In this document: one piece after another, positions 11,340-23,200 of the stretch
How the letters are laid out: the number at the start of each line of letters is the position of its first letter
Position numbering within the stretch: the stretch's first letter is position 1
Assembly (NCBI GenBank): GCA_010909165.1
Contig: MU008170.1
Location: forward strand, 1,054,001-1,118,000
Reading direction: 5' to 3'
Length of the DNA stretch: 64,000 bases
Source of the DNA: Anthoceros angustus
Lineage: Eukaryota; Plantae; Anthocerotophyta
Notes under the pieces: model-generated
What the model was told of the DNA's origin: nothing
What the model saw: only the letters and a program-made list of their open reading frames with translations
Database searches by the model: none
Made by a program: the position numbers and the translations under genes

Positions 11340-12601
11340 TGCCACCGTCGGGGAGCGAAGATCACTAGTGACCAAGATACATAGAACGTTGGGGCATTTT
11401 GGTGTCAAGAGGACACATCACATGTTGAAAAGTACATACTTTTGGTCAGGTATGTATGCAGATGTAGAGCAAGTGGTGGCGCGATGTGCTGCATGTGATG
11501 CAGTGAAGGCGAGGTTCAACAGCCAGGATGTGGTGCTACATTCGCTGCCCATCAGGGGACTATTCTTTCGGTGGTCAGTTGATTTGATGCCTGAATTGCC
11601 AGTGACCAAGCAAGGCAACAAGCACTGCATGTTGATGATAGAGCACTTTTCGAAGTGGGTGGAACTAGCCTTTCTCCCGGCCGAAGCTCCATACGACAGC
11701 CGCATTGCATGTTCTCGCAGACATATGGAAGTTGCGCGGAGGTGTTGACGGACCAAGGCAATGAGTTCCGCGGTGAGTTCCAAGCATTGCTGGATCGGAG
11801 CTTGATAGACCACCGCCGCACATCTCGGGATCATCCTCAAGCTGACGGATTGGCAGAACGGCTAGTGCAAACTTTTAAGGACGCTCTTCGCAAATACTGC
11901 ACTGAGGTTGAGACCAGTTGCTGGGATGAGTTGTTGCCATATGTTGCATTAGGATACAGGATCAGTGTGCAGGCTGCTTTGGGCAACTTCAGCCCATATT
12001 TCATCATGTTTGGGCGGAATGCTGTCATGCCAAACATTGTGGCAGATGCCTATTCTAAACCAGTAGATTGGGCACAGAATCCAGAGGAATGTTTCACAGA
12101 ATTACAAAATCGCGCCAAGTTGTTTCAGCGGGTAATTCCCATGGCCATGGATAACTTGGCCATTGCCCAACATCGGGACCAACTTCGATATGCCTTTACG
12201 CGAGGTGGCTCATGGAAACCCAAGGCGAGGAAATTCGAAGTAGGGGACTTTGTGTATTTACAACACCGACCATCAGGCACGTTGGACGTAAGCACTGGGC
12301 GCTTGATTTTGCGGGTGGTGAATGTGGGTGAGCAGGGCGTCATTGAATTGGAAGGTCAGGACGGACGACGTTGCAAGGAACACATGCGTCACTTGGCACC
12401 ATGCCACTTGCCGAACTTGGACACGAGGACTCAGCCACAGGCATGGAAACCACCAATTGACTTGCCTTGCGAACTTTGTGGCCACATTACTGACCCGGAG
12501 CTCATGATTCTTTGCGACCAGTGCAATCGGGGGTATCATGTGTTTTGCCTCGACCCCCTCTCACGGTGATACCCGATGGTGAATGGTACTCATCGTTGTG
12601 C
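11340..12601 (+). pseudogene. Integrase with C-terminal PHD finger (element 2)
   Basis: HHCC (HRTLGH...CAAC), core WSVDL / LTDQGNEF / HPQADGLAER, then PHD CELC...ILCDQCNRGYHVFCLDPPLTVIPDGEWYSSLC at 12468-12601 with one frameshift. Confidence 0.92.
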
Positions 12602-13132
12602 TTTTCCCGACTCAAGACAAGGGCTGGGGTCGGACGACTCACGCCGCGAAAGCTATCGAAGGATAAATACCTTAGGGTAAAACGTAAGCCGTCCGCTCAT
12701 TCGAGATAGCACCGGCGAGAGAAGGGCAGGAGCGTAGGGCGAAGATATCCAAGCGTGGCGGTGGCGCACGCGTGCGGGAGGCAAGACAATCAAAGGCCCG
12801 TGAGCAAAAAAAGCTCATGAGCGGGTTTGTGCGAGCAAAGCAAGTGTAGCGGGAGGCCTAACTGGCTCCAAGAAGTCGGAGATAGGGAGGGAATTGCCGC
12901 GAGCTCTCACCATCCTCGACGCCGCATGGTTGGTCACCGCGACTTGAGGATGCGCAACGGATCATCCAAGCCGACGATCGCTACGTCACCCAATCCGCGT
13001 GTCATAGACTACGCCGGTGAGCATGCGACGATTTCCTATGGTTTGAGTGGCGATTAGCCATCATAGTGGTAGCGAAGCGGTGGTGGTCTCGGAGGGTGGC
13101 AGCTGTGGGCACGCTAACCCGACGTCAGCAGG

Positions 13133-13980
13133 TTGCTAGGACAACATGGATCTGGAGGCGGACCATACCGCAAAAGCGTGCTTTCGCGGTGCATCATGAT
13201 TCGCAATTTCGACCGCCGGGAGGATAAGTGGCGCACGCCTTTGATACGGAAGTATCAACCTGGCAAGCCTGAACGGCCGGAGACCTTCCGGAGTTGCAGG
13301 CGTTCTTGCTTTACATAGAATCTCATCATGAAACATGTTCAGTTGAAAATTTCCCATATGACCACAAGGACCTCTTTGAGCTTGCAGGGAGGGGCATGAA
13401 CCGACAGACCTTTGTTTGGACAAGCTATTGTGAAGGTGCCTTTCGAAAGTTGGAGCATCACTTATTTATGCACCGGTCTTTGACCACCGCCCAAAGAAGG
13501 GTTTTGATGTAAAGCAGGAGAAACCGGCGCTTGAAAGTCTCGGCCCATTTTCACCGGAGAAGGCGGGGCGGTATGCCATCGGTTACCCTAGAGCATTTTA
13601 TCGGCTGTTTGCATGTTTGCGGACTGGCGTTCTGGAATGGGATGAACCAACAGCTGAATGCTGGTATTTGCTTAACGACAATGTGGGGGAGTTCTTGCGT
13701 GCTCAGTGCATTGAGAAACAATTTTATGTCAATGGTTTGAATGGCCCACAACTGTCTAGGGTCAAAACTGAGTTGGACAGTGACGAAGAGGAGGAAATCA
13801 TGGCTCGACATCGTGCCAGGGAGGCAGCGGTTAAGCAAAGCTCAAGTTGATGAGTACTTTGATCCCGAGGCGCGGTGGCACTCTTCCCGCTGTGGAGCTT
13901 TGGAGTCCGACAAACCATCAGAGCCTCAATTGCGTGACAGTATGTTTAGACGATTCTATAGGCGGTTTTACGGTATCTGA
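13133..13980 (+). pseudogene. Unknown accessory ORF downstream of element 2 pol (fragmented)
   Basis: Consecutive overlapping same-strand fragments read as globular protein sequence (AFLLYIESHHE...; ECWYLLNDNVGEFLRAQCIEKQFY...). No family recognised. Confidence 0.4.
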
Positions 13981-14036
13981 CGTGCCCAAGTGCTGCCACA
14001 CCTCGCACGATTGGTGGCAGCAACTTCGGTAGGGGG

Positions 14037-14713
14037 GCCATTTTGGTGTTTACCACCCACTTTTGCTTAGCATAGGACATTGTTGTTATCTTTGTGTTGA
14101 GAGTGTGTGAGGGTAAATTGAGGTTTAGAGATAAACCCGATCGCCATGCCGACCATGCGACCATGGCGCCGACACCGGCAAGTCGCGTCGATACATACGA
14201 TGTCCGAAGCACATGCGGATGATTGTGAGCGATGCTCATATGCATGGGCATGGGGGTGATGGGCATGCAGACTCACACCCGCCATGAACGGGCATAGCGG
14301 CAATCTGTTTGAAAGGAGCCGGCCGTGATCACGGCGGAGTTATGGCTCACGCACCCAGAGTCATGCGCCTGCCAAAAGTTGCCCATGACCCGGCGACGCC
14401 GAGCGGAAGGATAAAGGGACAATCCAGGAAGAGACATCACTTGATGTTTGTTCAGAGACAGATGCCCACACAGTTCCCATGTGGGCGGTGAATGTAGGGC
14501 TTTGGGAGTGAGAAGGGATAGCGGTGAGAATGTTTGACAAATCGCTACGGATGTGTGTTGTGAGTCTCGCGAATGAGTTTTGCCATTTTGGTGTTTACCA
14601 CCCACTTTTGCTTAGCATAGGACATTGTTGTTATCTTTGTGTTCGGTGTGTGAGGGTAAATTGAGGTTTAGAGATAAACCCGATCAGTGCCATGCCGACC
14701 ATGCAGCCATGGC
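14037..14713. repeat. About 130-bp direct repeat pair (14037-14167 and 14582-14713)
   Basis: gccattttggtgtttaccacccacttttgcttagcataggacattg...gagataaacccgatc...gccatgccgaccatgc occurs twice. Confidence 0.9.
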
Positions 14714-16849
14714 ACGACACTCGCGTCATCTCGAAGGGTCGTATTGAAGAAGGTGTGCTGCCTTTGCTTTGTGTGATTGACCCATCTGACTGCAGGGATA
14801 TCAAAACATTAGATGGAGGCCCATGTCTATTGCGGGCTAACTCTACAGGAGATGCGAGTACTGGCAACTGACCACAACACAATGTCGGACAAGAGGAAAA
14901 AGATGAACTTTATCGAGCAGGTCAGATACCTCAGGGATGAACTTCAGATTGCAAAGGGGGATGGTGTGACAATGAGCATGAACTGGAAGTTCAATTTATA
15001 CAAGGTGCTTGGGCTGATAGAGGATGACGAAGGTCGGGAAGATGAGCAATACAAGCAAAACAAAGTGGACAACCGGACACATATACTATGCATAGCAAAA
15101 CTGGAGGGAAAGGTGTGGGAAAACGTGATGATCTTCACCAAGTGGGAGGCGATGGAACTTCGAGCGGGCCAAACATGTTGCGGCAGTACTAGCAAGAAGA
15201 GCAAGGGCAAACGCAAAGTTGGAGAAGAGGTGAAGACGTGGAAAGCGTTTTGTTAAGCCCAAAGAGATGCAAGGAAACCATGGCGCGATTTCAAGGAATT
15301 CCACCGAGAGACGGGTCGAAAATGCTGATTAGTGTGACAGAAAAGGTTTTGACAGGTTTACTAGACTGAATGGTATGTCCAAGGAGGTGATATCTGAGAA
15401 AGAAACTTCATGTCATCCAAGTGGCGATGGCGAAACACTTAGGATGTGACTCCTTCGAGATGGTTAGGCGGGGAATACCCAATGCACTCTTCGGATGATG
15501 TTATTGCACGGTTTCAAACAGCTCGATGGAAAGATGCGTGTCATTTGTTTTAAGACTCATTGGAGTGGGGATGGCGCCGCATGCGGCCCTCTCATTTCCT
15601 TCGTTTGGTTGTAACAGTGTAGGGTGGGGAAGGCGCGGCATGCGGCCTTCCCCACCTAGCAGTTTTGACCGACTGACGGTGGCATGTGCAAGTGAAAGAT
15701 GTGCGATTTGAAAAACTACGGAGGACTTCCAGCTTTCATCGGAAGTGCACACATGGAAGGGTCCGGAGAACGAACAAAGGACCCTAGCGGACATGGACAT
15801 GGAAGAAGGCTGCGATCGTTCCTTTCCACAGTGTATCGTGAAATACCAAGTGGTAGCGAGAGATGTGTTGGACATCCGAGGGTCTTTACGGAAGAGGAAT
15901 TACACTTTATTGGTTATGGATGTGCCCAGGGGATTCAACAAGGAAAGCATGATGTAAAGATGGACCAAACACAGATGGGCACAGTGTTTCACTCTTTCCA
16001 TGACATGACGAGTTGTGAGGAAATCCGCATGATAGTTATGCATGGGGTGGAGGAGCTGCACACTGTGAGGGAGGCTATGCGACAGTGGTGCACTGGTGGA
16101 GGGATGGTCTCCTTCGTATGGGACAAAACTAACATGCATAATGATCAAGGTGGATATGATACCGTCGAGTACATCACGGTAGGGTGGGGTAACTTCGACA
16201 AGAAGAACAAGGTTTCAATGTTACCTAACACCGTCCTTGGCTCGTTCAATAATGGTCGCGGTCATTGGGCACAACATCGTCAAGAAGCTTCTTTATATGT
16301 CATTGGACAAGCTCGTGGTATGTGCTTATCGAGGCCATTAGGGTTGATGCACGAAGATGATCAACAACTTCTCCAAAGAAGGAGATTGGATATTAGATGC
16401 GTGTGCGAGGCGGGACGGCACCCTAGCATTGCTATTGCATCGCGTGGACTTGGACAAGCGATGTGAATTCATTCCCCAAAGGATACATGGATATGAGGTA
16501 CTTCAGGAGAGGAGGAATTGAATCATGAGCCACACCGACGAGGACCGCAGGCAAAGGAATTAAGCTTGTCAGGAAGGGTCACTCAAGCAGTCGTACCTTT
16601 GGGGTTCAACAGATGAAAGAGAAAACGGGCAAATCCTTGATGACGGGCGAGAGAACTACAGCGCGGTGTGCCATCAGACTACAACAGCGATCCTCTCGTC
16701 TCTTGGATGTGGAGAATGCCATGCAGGAGAACGACAACTTCGAGGACCCCGACAACGCCCTTCTCAGAAACGTCGATGTTGTGTTCGATAGCGTATCTAG
16801 GCAATGCCCACCCGAGACTCAAGCTGCTGGCGAAGATTTTGGTAGTTAG
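14701..16849 (+). pseudogene. ParB-like N-terminal domain plus beta-class N6-adenine/N4-cytosine DNA methyltransferase (frameshifted)
   Basis: N-terminal part PLLCVID...VYCGLTLQEMRVLATDHN. Catalytic-type YTLLVMDVPRGFN (15919-15930), then FVWDKTN...VEYITVGW, then AY.RPLGLM and MINNFSKEGDWILDACA..GT (16357-16425), then VDLD. Order IV...X-I is the beta permutation. Confidence 0.7.
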
Positions 16850-19594
16850 GTTATTGGAAATTTACGTTCTGTTGCGTGGCCAGCTTAGAAACCTTTTCCA
16901 GGGCGCCAGCATGCCGGCGCCCGCAAACATTCCCTTTAATCTTTTATTGCTTTTTAGTGCTATGTATTGCTTTCCAAGTAGGTGTGAAATCAGTCGACAA
17001 GCAGCTCCGACTGAATATCAGCTGCGGAAGACTATTGGGGGCCTTTCGGGCACACTACGACCATAACCGTGTGCACTCGACGTGAAAAGTAGCTGATGCC
17101 GTAGGGAAGGGAGGGAATGAACCATCACCAAGAAAATTAAAACGTCAAAATCGTGGAATTCAGTGCCCACCATGTTTTCCAGCAGTTGGTTTTTTTTCTG
17201 CAGAAGCGGCTTTGTATATTCAGCCGCTTCAAATATCTTTTATTCTTAATATCTTTCGCCTCGACCGTGTCGGTCTTCATCCTGATAGCTTCCGCAATCC
17301 TCTCCGATCTGTAACATGAGCTGGAATCTCACCCACATTTTCCACCCTCTGCAGTTTGTTCCCTTTCCTCTTTGCTTTTGCCTTAGGATGGTCCTCGCCG
17401 TCATTCCTTCGTCTCCCATCTCCTTCAAAAACGGCACCCGCCTTCCTTTTCCCCTTCATCCCTACCGCCTCCCCAGCAGTCCTAGGTTGTATCATGAGAG
17501 GGGCGCCGGCCGGCGCCTCTCCTCATGCATAGGAGCCGTGAGGCCGCCTCCTCCTCATGCATAGGAGCCGTGAGGGCGCCACCCGCGCCAGTCCTCTCTA
17601 ACTTCCAAAACCGTCGCGGGTCGTGTGACGGCCTCGACTGCCTGATGGCGGGCGCCCGGTGGCGCCTCTCGTCAGCCAGTGCAACCCCGGAGTTTCATAA
17701 GGCATGAAAACCCCCGCATCCCTGTCCTCCTCCTGCGCATCTGAATGCTCTTCATCGGACTGTCCGAGGACATCAGGTATCGGGCCATAGTCCCCTAAAT
17801 GGCAGCTATGGGGCCGCTTCGAAACACTCCAAGTGGACTGTGTGTAGGTTCTTGTGCTCTATAATATTATATTTAGTGAATAGGTAGTTAAATTAGATGT
17901 ATTATATATTTTACTTGAATCTACTAAATACATATTTTAGTTTATATAGAGTGAGTTTAAAATATATTCGTAATTTATTAGATAGAGAAAAAATAAGTTA
18001 ACTTAAATAGTTAACCTCATAAGAATGATATAAAATTGGCTTTTTGTAGGAATTCAACTTTTATGTTGTTTTTTTTATCATGAACATATTTCTTTTTCCT
18101 AAAAAATAAGGCTGGTACACATTTTCAAAACCTTTCCAATGCATCCTCTTACTGCCCATTTGGGTCCTTACAGCCTGCACAGCAGCCAAAGATTCTTTCA
18201 CTTATCTCCCTCCGACACCCAATAATGTTCTTGGTTCAAACATTTGGCTCATCCAATCTTCTTGCCTGATCCTTGCACACATCAGGCCTCCTTCATATGT
18301 ACACCAACCTCTCAAAAAACCAGGGGTCTACCTATTTAATATAAGAAAAAAGTTACAACTAGGCCGTTCAGTCATGGCTTTCCAAAACTAACCATTGTTT
18401 TAACTACAGTGACCCGGATGGCCAGGCCAACATCACGGTTGCACGGGCCTAATAATGCAACATGGGCCGTGGCCATGCTGGACTTAAGTGACCGCTAGTT
18501 GTCGATCACGCGGCTAAAGGTTTGGTGTCGTTGCACCATCAGCAGCAATTCCATCATATCCTCAAGAGCACTGCCACTCAGCTCGATGTCCGCGTAAGCC
18601 ACATATCCATGATGATTCCCACACATGAAAGGAATCTGTGCCTTCATGTACTATGTCATTCTATCATCCATGCCGCATGCCAACATCGTCAATTGCCTAA
18701 AGCGATTTGTTGAACTATAGTGTCTACAATATCATAATAACAAGGTCCGAGATTGAATGGCCTATATATTACTAATCTAGTCGAGGATGCATCTCCAGCA
18801 ATCGCTACGGTTCGTAAGATAGCCTCTGCAATTGTGCTTTGGAGGGCAATGGACACCTGCTACCAAAAGAACGCTATCAAATAGAAGAGAGGTAGCCCGC
18901 TCCATATCTTTTTGTATGGCATGTTTTGACACATGACTTGATAAATTTATCAAAGTCTTTAGCGAATGCTCCATAAATCTCCAAGGCAAGCAAGATGAAG
19001 AGCTTGCCAAAGCCTACTTGGGATGGCCGCCACCGTAGCAAATATCAAAGATAGTTTATCATGATACTTGGGTATCAACGGTGAACTGGATCATACTTGA
19101 ATCATGCATACAAAGAGAAGACAAAGAGTGCACTAAATTTTAAAACAAACAAGGCAGTTTATGTCCTGAAGATTGGAGCAAGCTGCACATTAATATCATA
19201 TTGGGCTCTTAAAAGTGGTTGAACAAGATATAAATTTTCAAGGAGTATTGGGTGCATAGAGCAACAACATTTTGTTGTTTCCGCATAGAATATCCACACA
19301 CAAAATATGATTTTGATATTCGCAAATATAGAGCATCTTATCATCTATTTAACAATAAAAAACGCAAAAAATATTCATTTACCATAATTATCTATAGAAG
19401 CAGGCCAAAAGATTGGAAGGGATTTGAAGGATTAATTTGTAGCATCAAGGAGTTGGAAGATCATTTTGCAATTAAGAAGTCTGGTTCTTTTTTTTTGTTT
19501 ATTATGAATATAAATCCATGAATAAAGAATCTATGATAAAGATGGAAAAATTTACACTATTTTAGGATTTATGTTTCACGGTAAAACAAGTTAT

Positions 19595-20024
19595 CTTTTA
19601 TTTATATTTATTTATAGATCATTAGGAGTATGCAGCCGTGAGGCTATGAAGCCTGAACAGGAATCAAGACAAGAATGAAGTGACATTTGGGAGAGCGTAA
19701 AAGCAAAGAAAGTAGATCAAACAAAGATCAGCAGACTAAAATAGCTTTGCTAAGGAACCTGCACTAAAAGTAGTCGCCAATCAGCTTGAAGTAAGAGATA
19801 AGTTTCTCGTGAGTTGGAAATCGAGGAGTTGGCGCATATCATAGTAAGAGCCCTGAAAAATCTGGTCCCACTTGTTGGGGTAGCCGAAAGATCGACTTGT
19901 GTCGGGTTTCTTAAGACATACATTTCGGCAAAATGGGTTTCTAGCGATGTTGAATCGCTGAAATAAGCTCAATACCATATATGCCCATCAGAATCGGGTG
20001 AGAGAAAGGACGAGACTTTACAAT
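19595..20024 (-). mobile_element. 3' portion of an RNase H-containing LINE, split by the CACTA insertion
   Basis: Continues the 29289 ORF across the TSD as ..SFL...MGH...FQRFNIARNPFCRNVC (LINE C-terminal Cys region). A-rich tail near 19595-19615. Confidence 0.65.
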
Positions 20025-20221
20025 CCCTACTAGAAAAGGGCAGTCATGTTACACTTTATCTTAAAATTTGGACCCCCCTTTGTTGCAATTATGTTGAAAT
20101 CTTGGGTTCTTGTTACACTTTTGGGACCCCTTGTTACAGTTAGGTTTGGAAACCGACCCTCCACCTTGTTACAGTCATGTTACAACCTTGTTGCAATTAT
20201 GTTGCAATGTAGTGAGAGGTG

Positions 20222-23200
20222 GTATGTGTCCCCTCTCAAAATTTCAACATAATTGCAACAACCAAAGTGTTACAACGTCTATTGTTACAGTTTCGCAGGC
20301 TTGGTACCGAACCTCCTCCCCATGGCCATCTACATTAACCCTTGTTGTTTTTACTCCCGTATTTTACCTGTGCCATTATTGTAATATATATACGGGGATG
20401 TACTTGTATTTTACGTGTATGCTTTCATTACCGTATTTCCGAGGTGATTATTCCAATACCTATACGCGAGCTTCTACGTATTTTGCTCGTGTACTTTTTG
20501 TGCCATATTTCCGTACTCATATTTGCAATATGCTCACCGACCGTCTTCGTATTTTATGTGTATTTTTCTACACCATATTCTATGCAATGTCTTATACGTC
20601 ACCCGTGTATCGTGCATTTGTATACGCCACTGATAATGTTTGTATACTTTCAAACCCATACAAAATTAAAAATACGACATATCCATATTTTAATGCACGA
20701 TACACATGCTAGTTCATCCAACCATCCACAATTGCGTTCTAGCGCGCTCCTTTTGCCGCGGAGTGAAGTGGAAGTTGTGGTGTGGATTTTCAGCTCCTTG
20801 GCCTGTGCATGGTACATGCCATGCCTACTCCACATCGTAGGTAGCTACGCATGGCTTGTGATTTTGGCCTTCCCCTTCCTCTTCCATTCTGCGGCCATTT
20901 TCCTGTTGTCATGTGCATACGTTTCTCCCCGTGTGGTATTAGAATTCTGCAATCACAGCCATGCATATGCTATACAAATGGCCTTTGGCCTGTAAGCAGA
21001 GAGAAATTGCTAGCTGGAAAATTGCAATTTGCATGCTCACCTTGGCCACCTTGTCTCTGATTTGTTTCCGCCCATTTCCTAACAACAATTTTGTGCTTGT
21101 CAACGTCCTCTCCATCATCGCAGCCCTCACCCGTATTATTCATGCTCCCCCATCCAGCTCTCCAGGCCTTGCTCTTGCTTTCCTCTTCCGGCCTCCTCCC
21201 TTCTCCACAACGTGTGTCACCTTTGCCGAAGCACCGCTGTATCGGTCCATGTTCTCGGCCTGAGACTCCACCAGGTGTGTATCTCATACAAAATTCGGCA
21301 TGGGCTGGTGTTCCTCTTCTTGGACCTCCCTATTCTCCTGAGTCCTCATCATCACCATGCCGTGACGCCATCAGCCCACCAAATATCTGCTTATCGAATC
21401 CCCTGGACAAATGCCTCATCTCTATATCTCGCCTTTCTTGTCCTCCAGCCCCCAATGACAGCCTTATTTCTTCAGCTGCACTAGGCTCACATGTCCTCAC
21501 CCCACGCTCCTCTCGAGTGGTCTTATTGCATTTGCGACACATCCTGTCTTGATGTTCCCTGCACACATACATTACATCTCGCACTTTGATAGATACTGCC
21601 ATTCCCTGCCTATGTACCTGGCCCCCTGCTATCAAGAGACAACACAAAGCTATCACTTGTTGGTGATGCCACACTCCCCAAGCTGTTTTCGTTGTCCACT
21701 TTTTTGCCCCCCTCGACACATCCACCTTGTCCCTCCCTCAAGCAACATGACCACCGCCATTCCACCAACCGCCGGGTTCACGAGTTGCTAGGACAACTAC
21801 ATCATTGCCCTCGCTATCCTCCACAGTGTCATCCGTATAGCCTCTGCCTGTCCTGTGACTACCATGCGATGGCCCCACCCTGTTAGCTGGGCGATAGCCT
21901 CTTGCACCTGTGACTACCATGCGATGGCCCCACCCTGTTAGCTTGGCGATAGCCTCTTCGCACTCCCCTAGCCTCACGGTGTGACCACAGGCTAGGTGGA
22001 TGAGGAGGATAGCCCAGTCGAGCTACCCTCCTCATCCTCCCCACCTTGTCTCGATTTGTTTCGCCCATTTTCCTGTTGTCATGTGCATACGCTTTCTCCC
22101 GTGTGGTGTGTTTGCCGGCTGCATACAATCCTTGGCCACCTCCGTCTCACACCATTTCCCTATTCTTGTTGTGCTATATTTTCTTACGTTTTTTTGCCTC
22201 CTTTGCGCGGCAACCAGCTGCCTTCCTCCTGCATGAGGTCAGCATTCAAACTTGTCCGTAGACATTGAAGGCCTGAAATTTGAAATTCAGCAGCCATCCA
22301 TGGCTTGCATGCATGTAAGTGTGAATAATGGCAGGAAGCAGCGAAGCGATTCCTGCCATCATTACTGCTTGCCCCCCAATGTCACGCGGCTTGAAATCAA
22401 TGTCGCACATATGTATGGTCAAGGGAAGGCAGTGTACTAGGGTACATTATACTATTTAGTGACTGAATATCATTAAATATAATGTGCAAACAAGACAATA
22501 GCCCCTAAGCCCACCCTACTCCGTAATTCTCCGAACACATCACTAGTCCACACACGTCACTACCCCAACTACGACCACTACTATGTGCCACCGTCCATGA
22601 GTTCCTACTCCCTCCATCCCCGAGCCGGTGTGGGAACAACAACTCCCTAATCTATGTTATCCTCCATCGTCTCCGGATGCAGCATGCACTGGATTATCCG
22701 CGATGGCCATACAAATGGGCCATCGATGGAGCGCACCCTACAAATGCAATGCCTCTTCATGTTTACACGGTCGAATCCCATGTACGACGTCTCCAATGAT
22801 GGTCTGGTTCCACTTGGTAACACTCATACCAACGAACTTCAACGATACAGGCTTATACTTCTCCCAAAAATGTCATGAACGGGAGGCTGCAGTTGGTGAT
22901 AATAGTACCTGGCTTCCTTTTTTATCTCTTGACCGTAGTGCAGTCAAGAGCGCAGCTGTTATAGTGTCCGAAGGCACAAATTTCAAAAACTCCAAACCCC
23001 CTTCAGTTTCCCACTGTGGCGAGGTCGAGTATTGCTTGCTCCTTATAACTGTCACAAACCCACGGTCCGCTTTTAACATGCAGAGGTTGGGCTGTACCTT
23101 CCACTTCAGATCTGGAGTACCACCTCCAAGGTTTGTGTAGCACAAGGCCAATGTTGTTTTCCACAATAACACCAATCTCCTCTTGGTCCACCCAGAAAGC

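Larger units (their letters stand above)
6392..17117 (+). mobile_element. Ty3/Gypsy retrotransposon 2 (DNMT, PHD-integrase, downstream extra ORFs); boundaries uncertain
   Basis: gag-like region (6690-7700), protease-like HVNGL..CV.DT (~8065-8100), DNMT, RT, RNase H, integrase and PHD. Candidate PPT AGGGAAGGGAGGGAA at 17103-17117 is followed by TG. The core to ~12600 is well supported; extension to 17117 is inferred. Confidence 0.7.

Noticed and set aside
18500-19050. Degenerate hAT transposase remnant (KAQIPFMCG.H...)
   Set aside because: The resemblance is faint, with no intact motif or TIRs. It would need a profile search.
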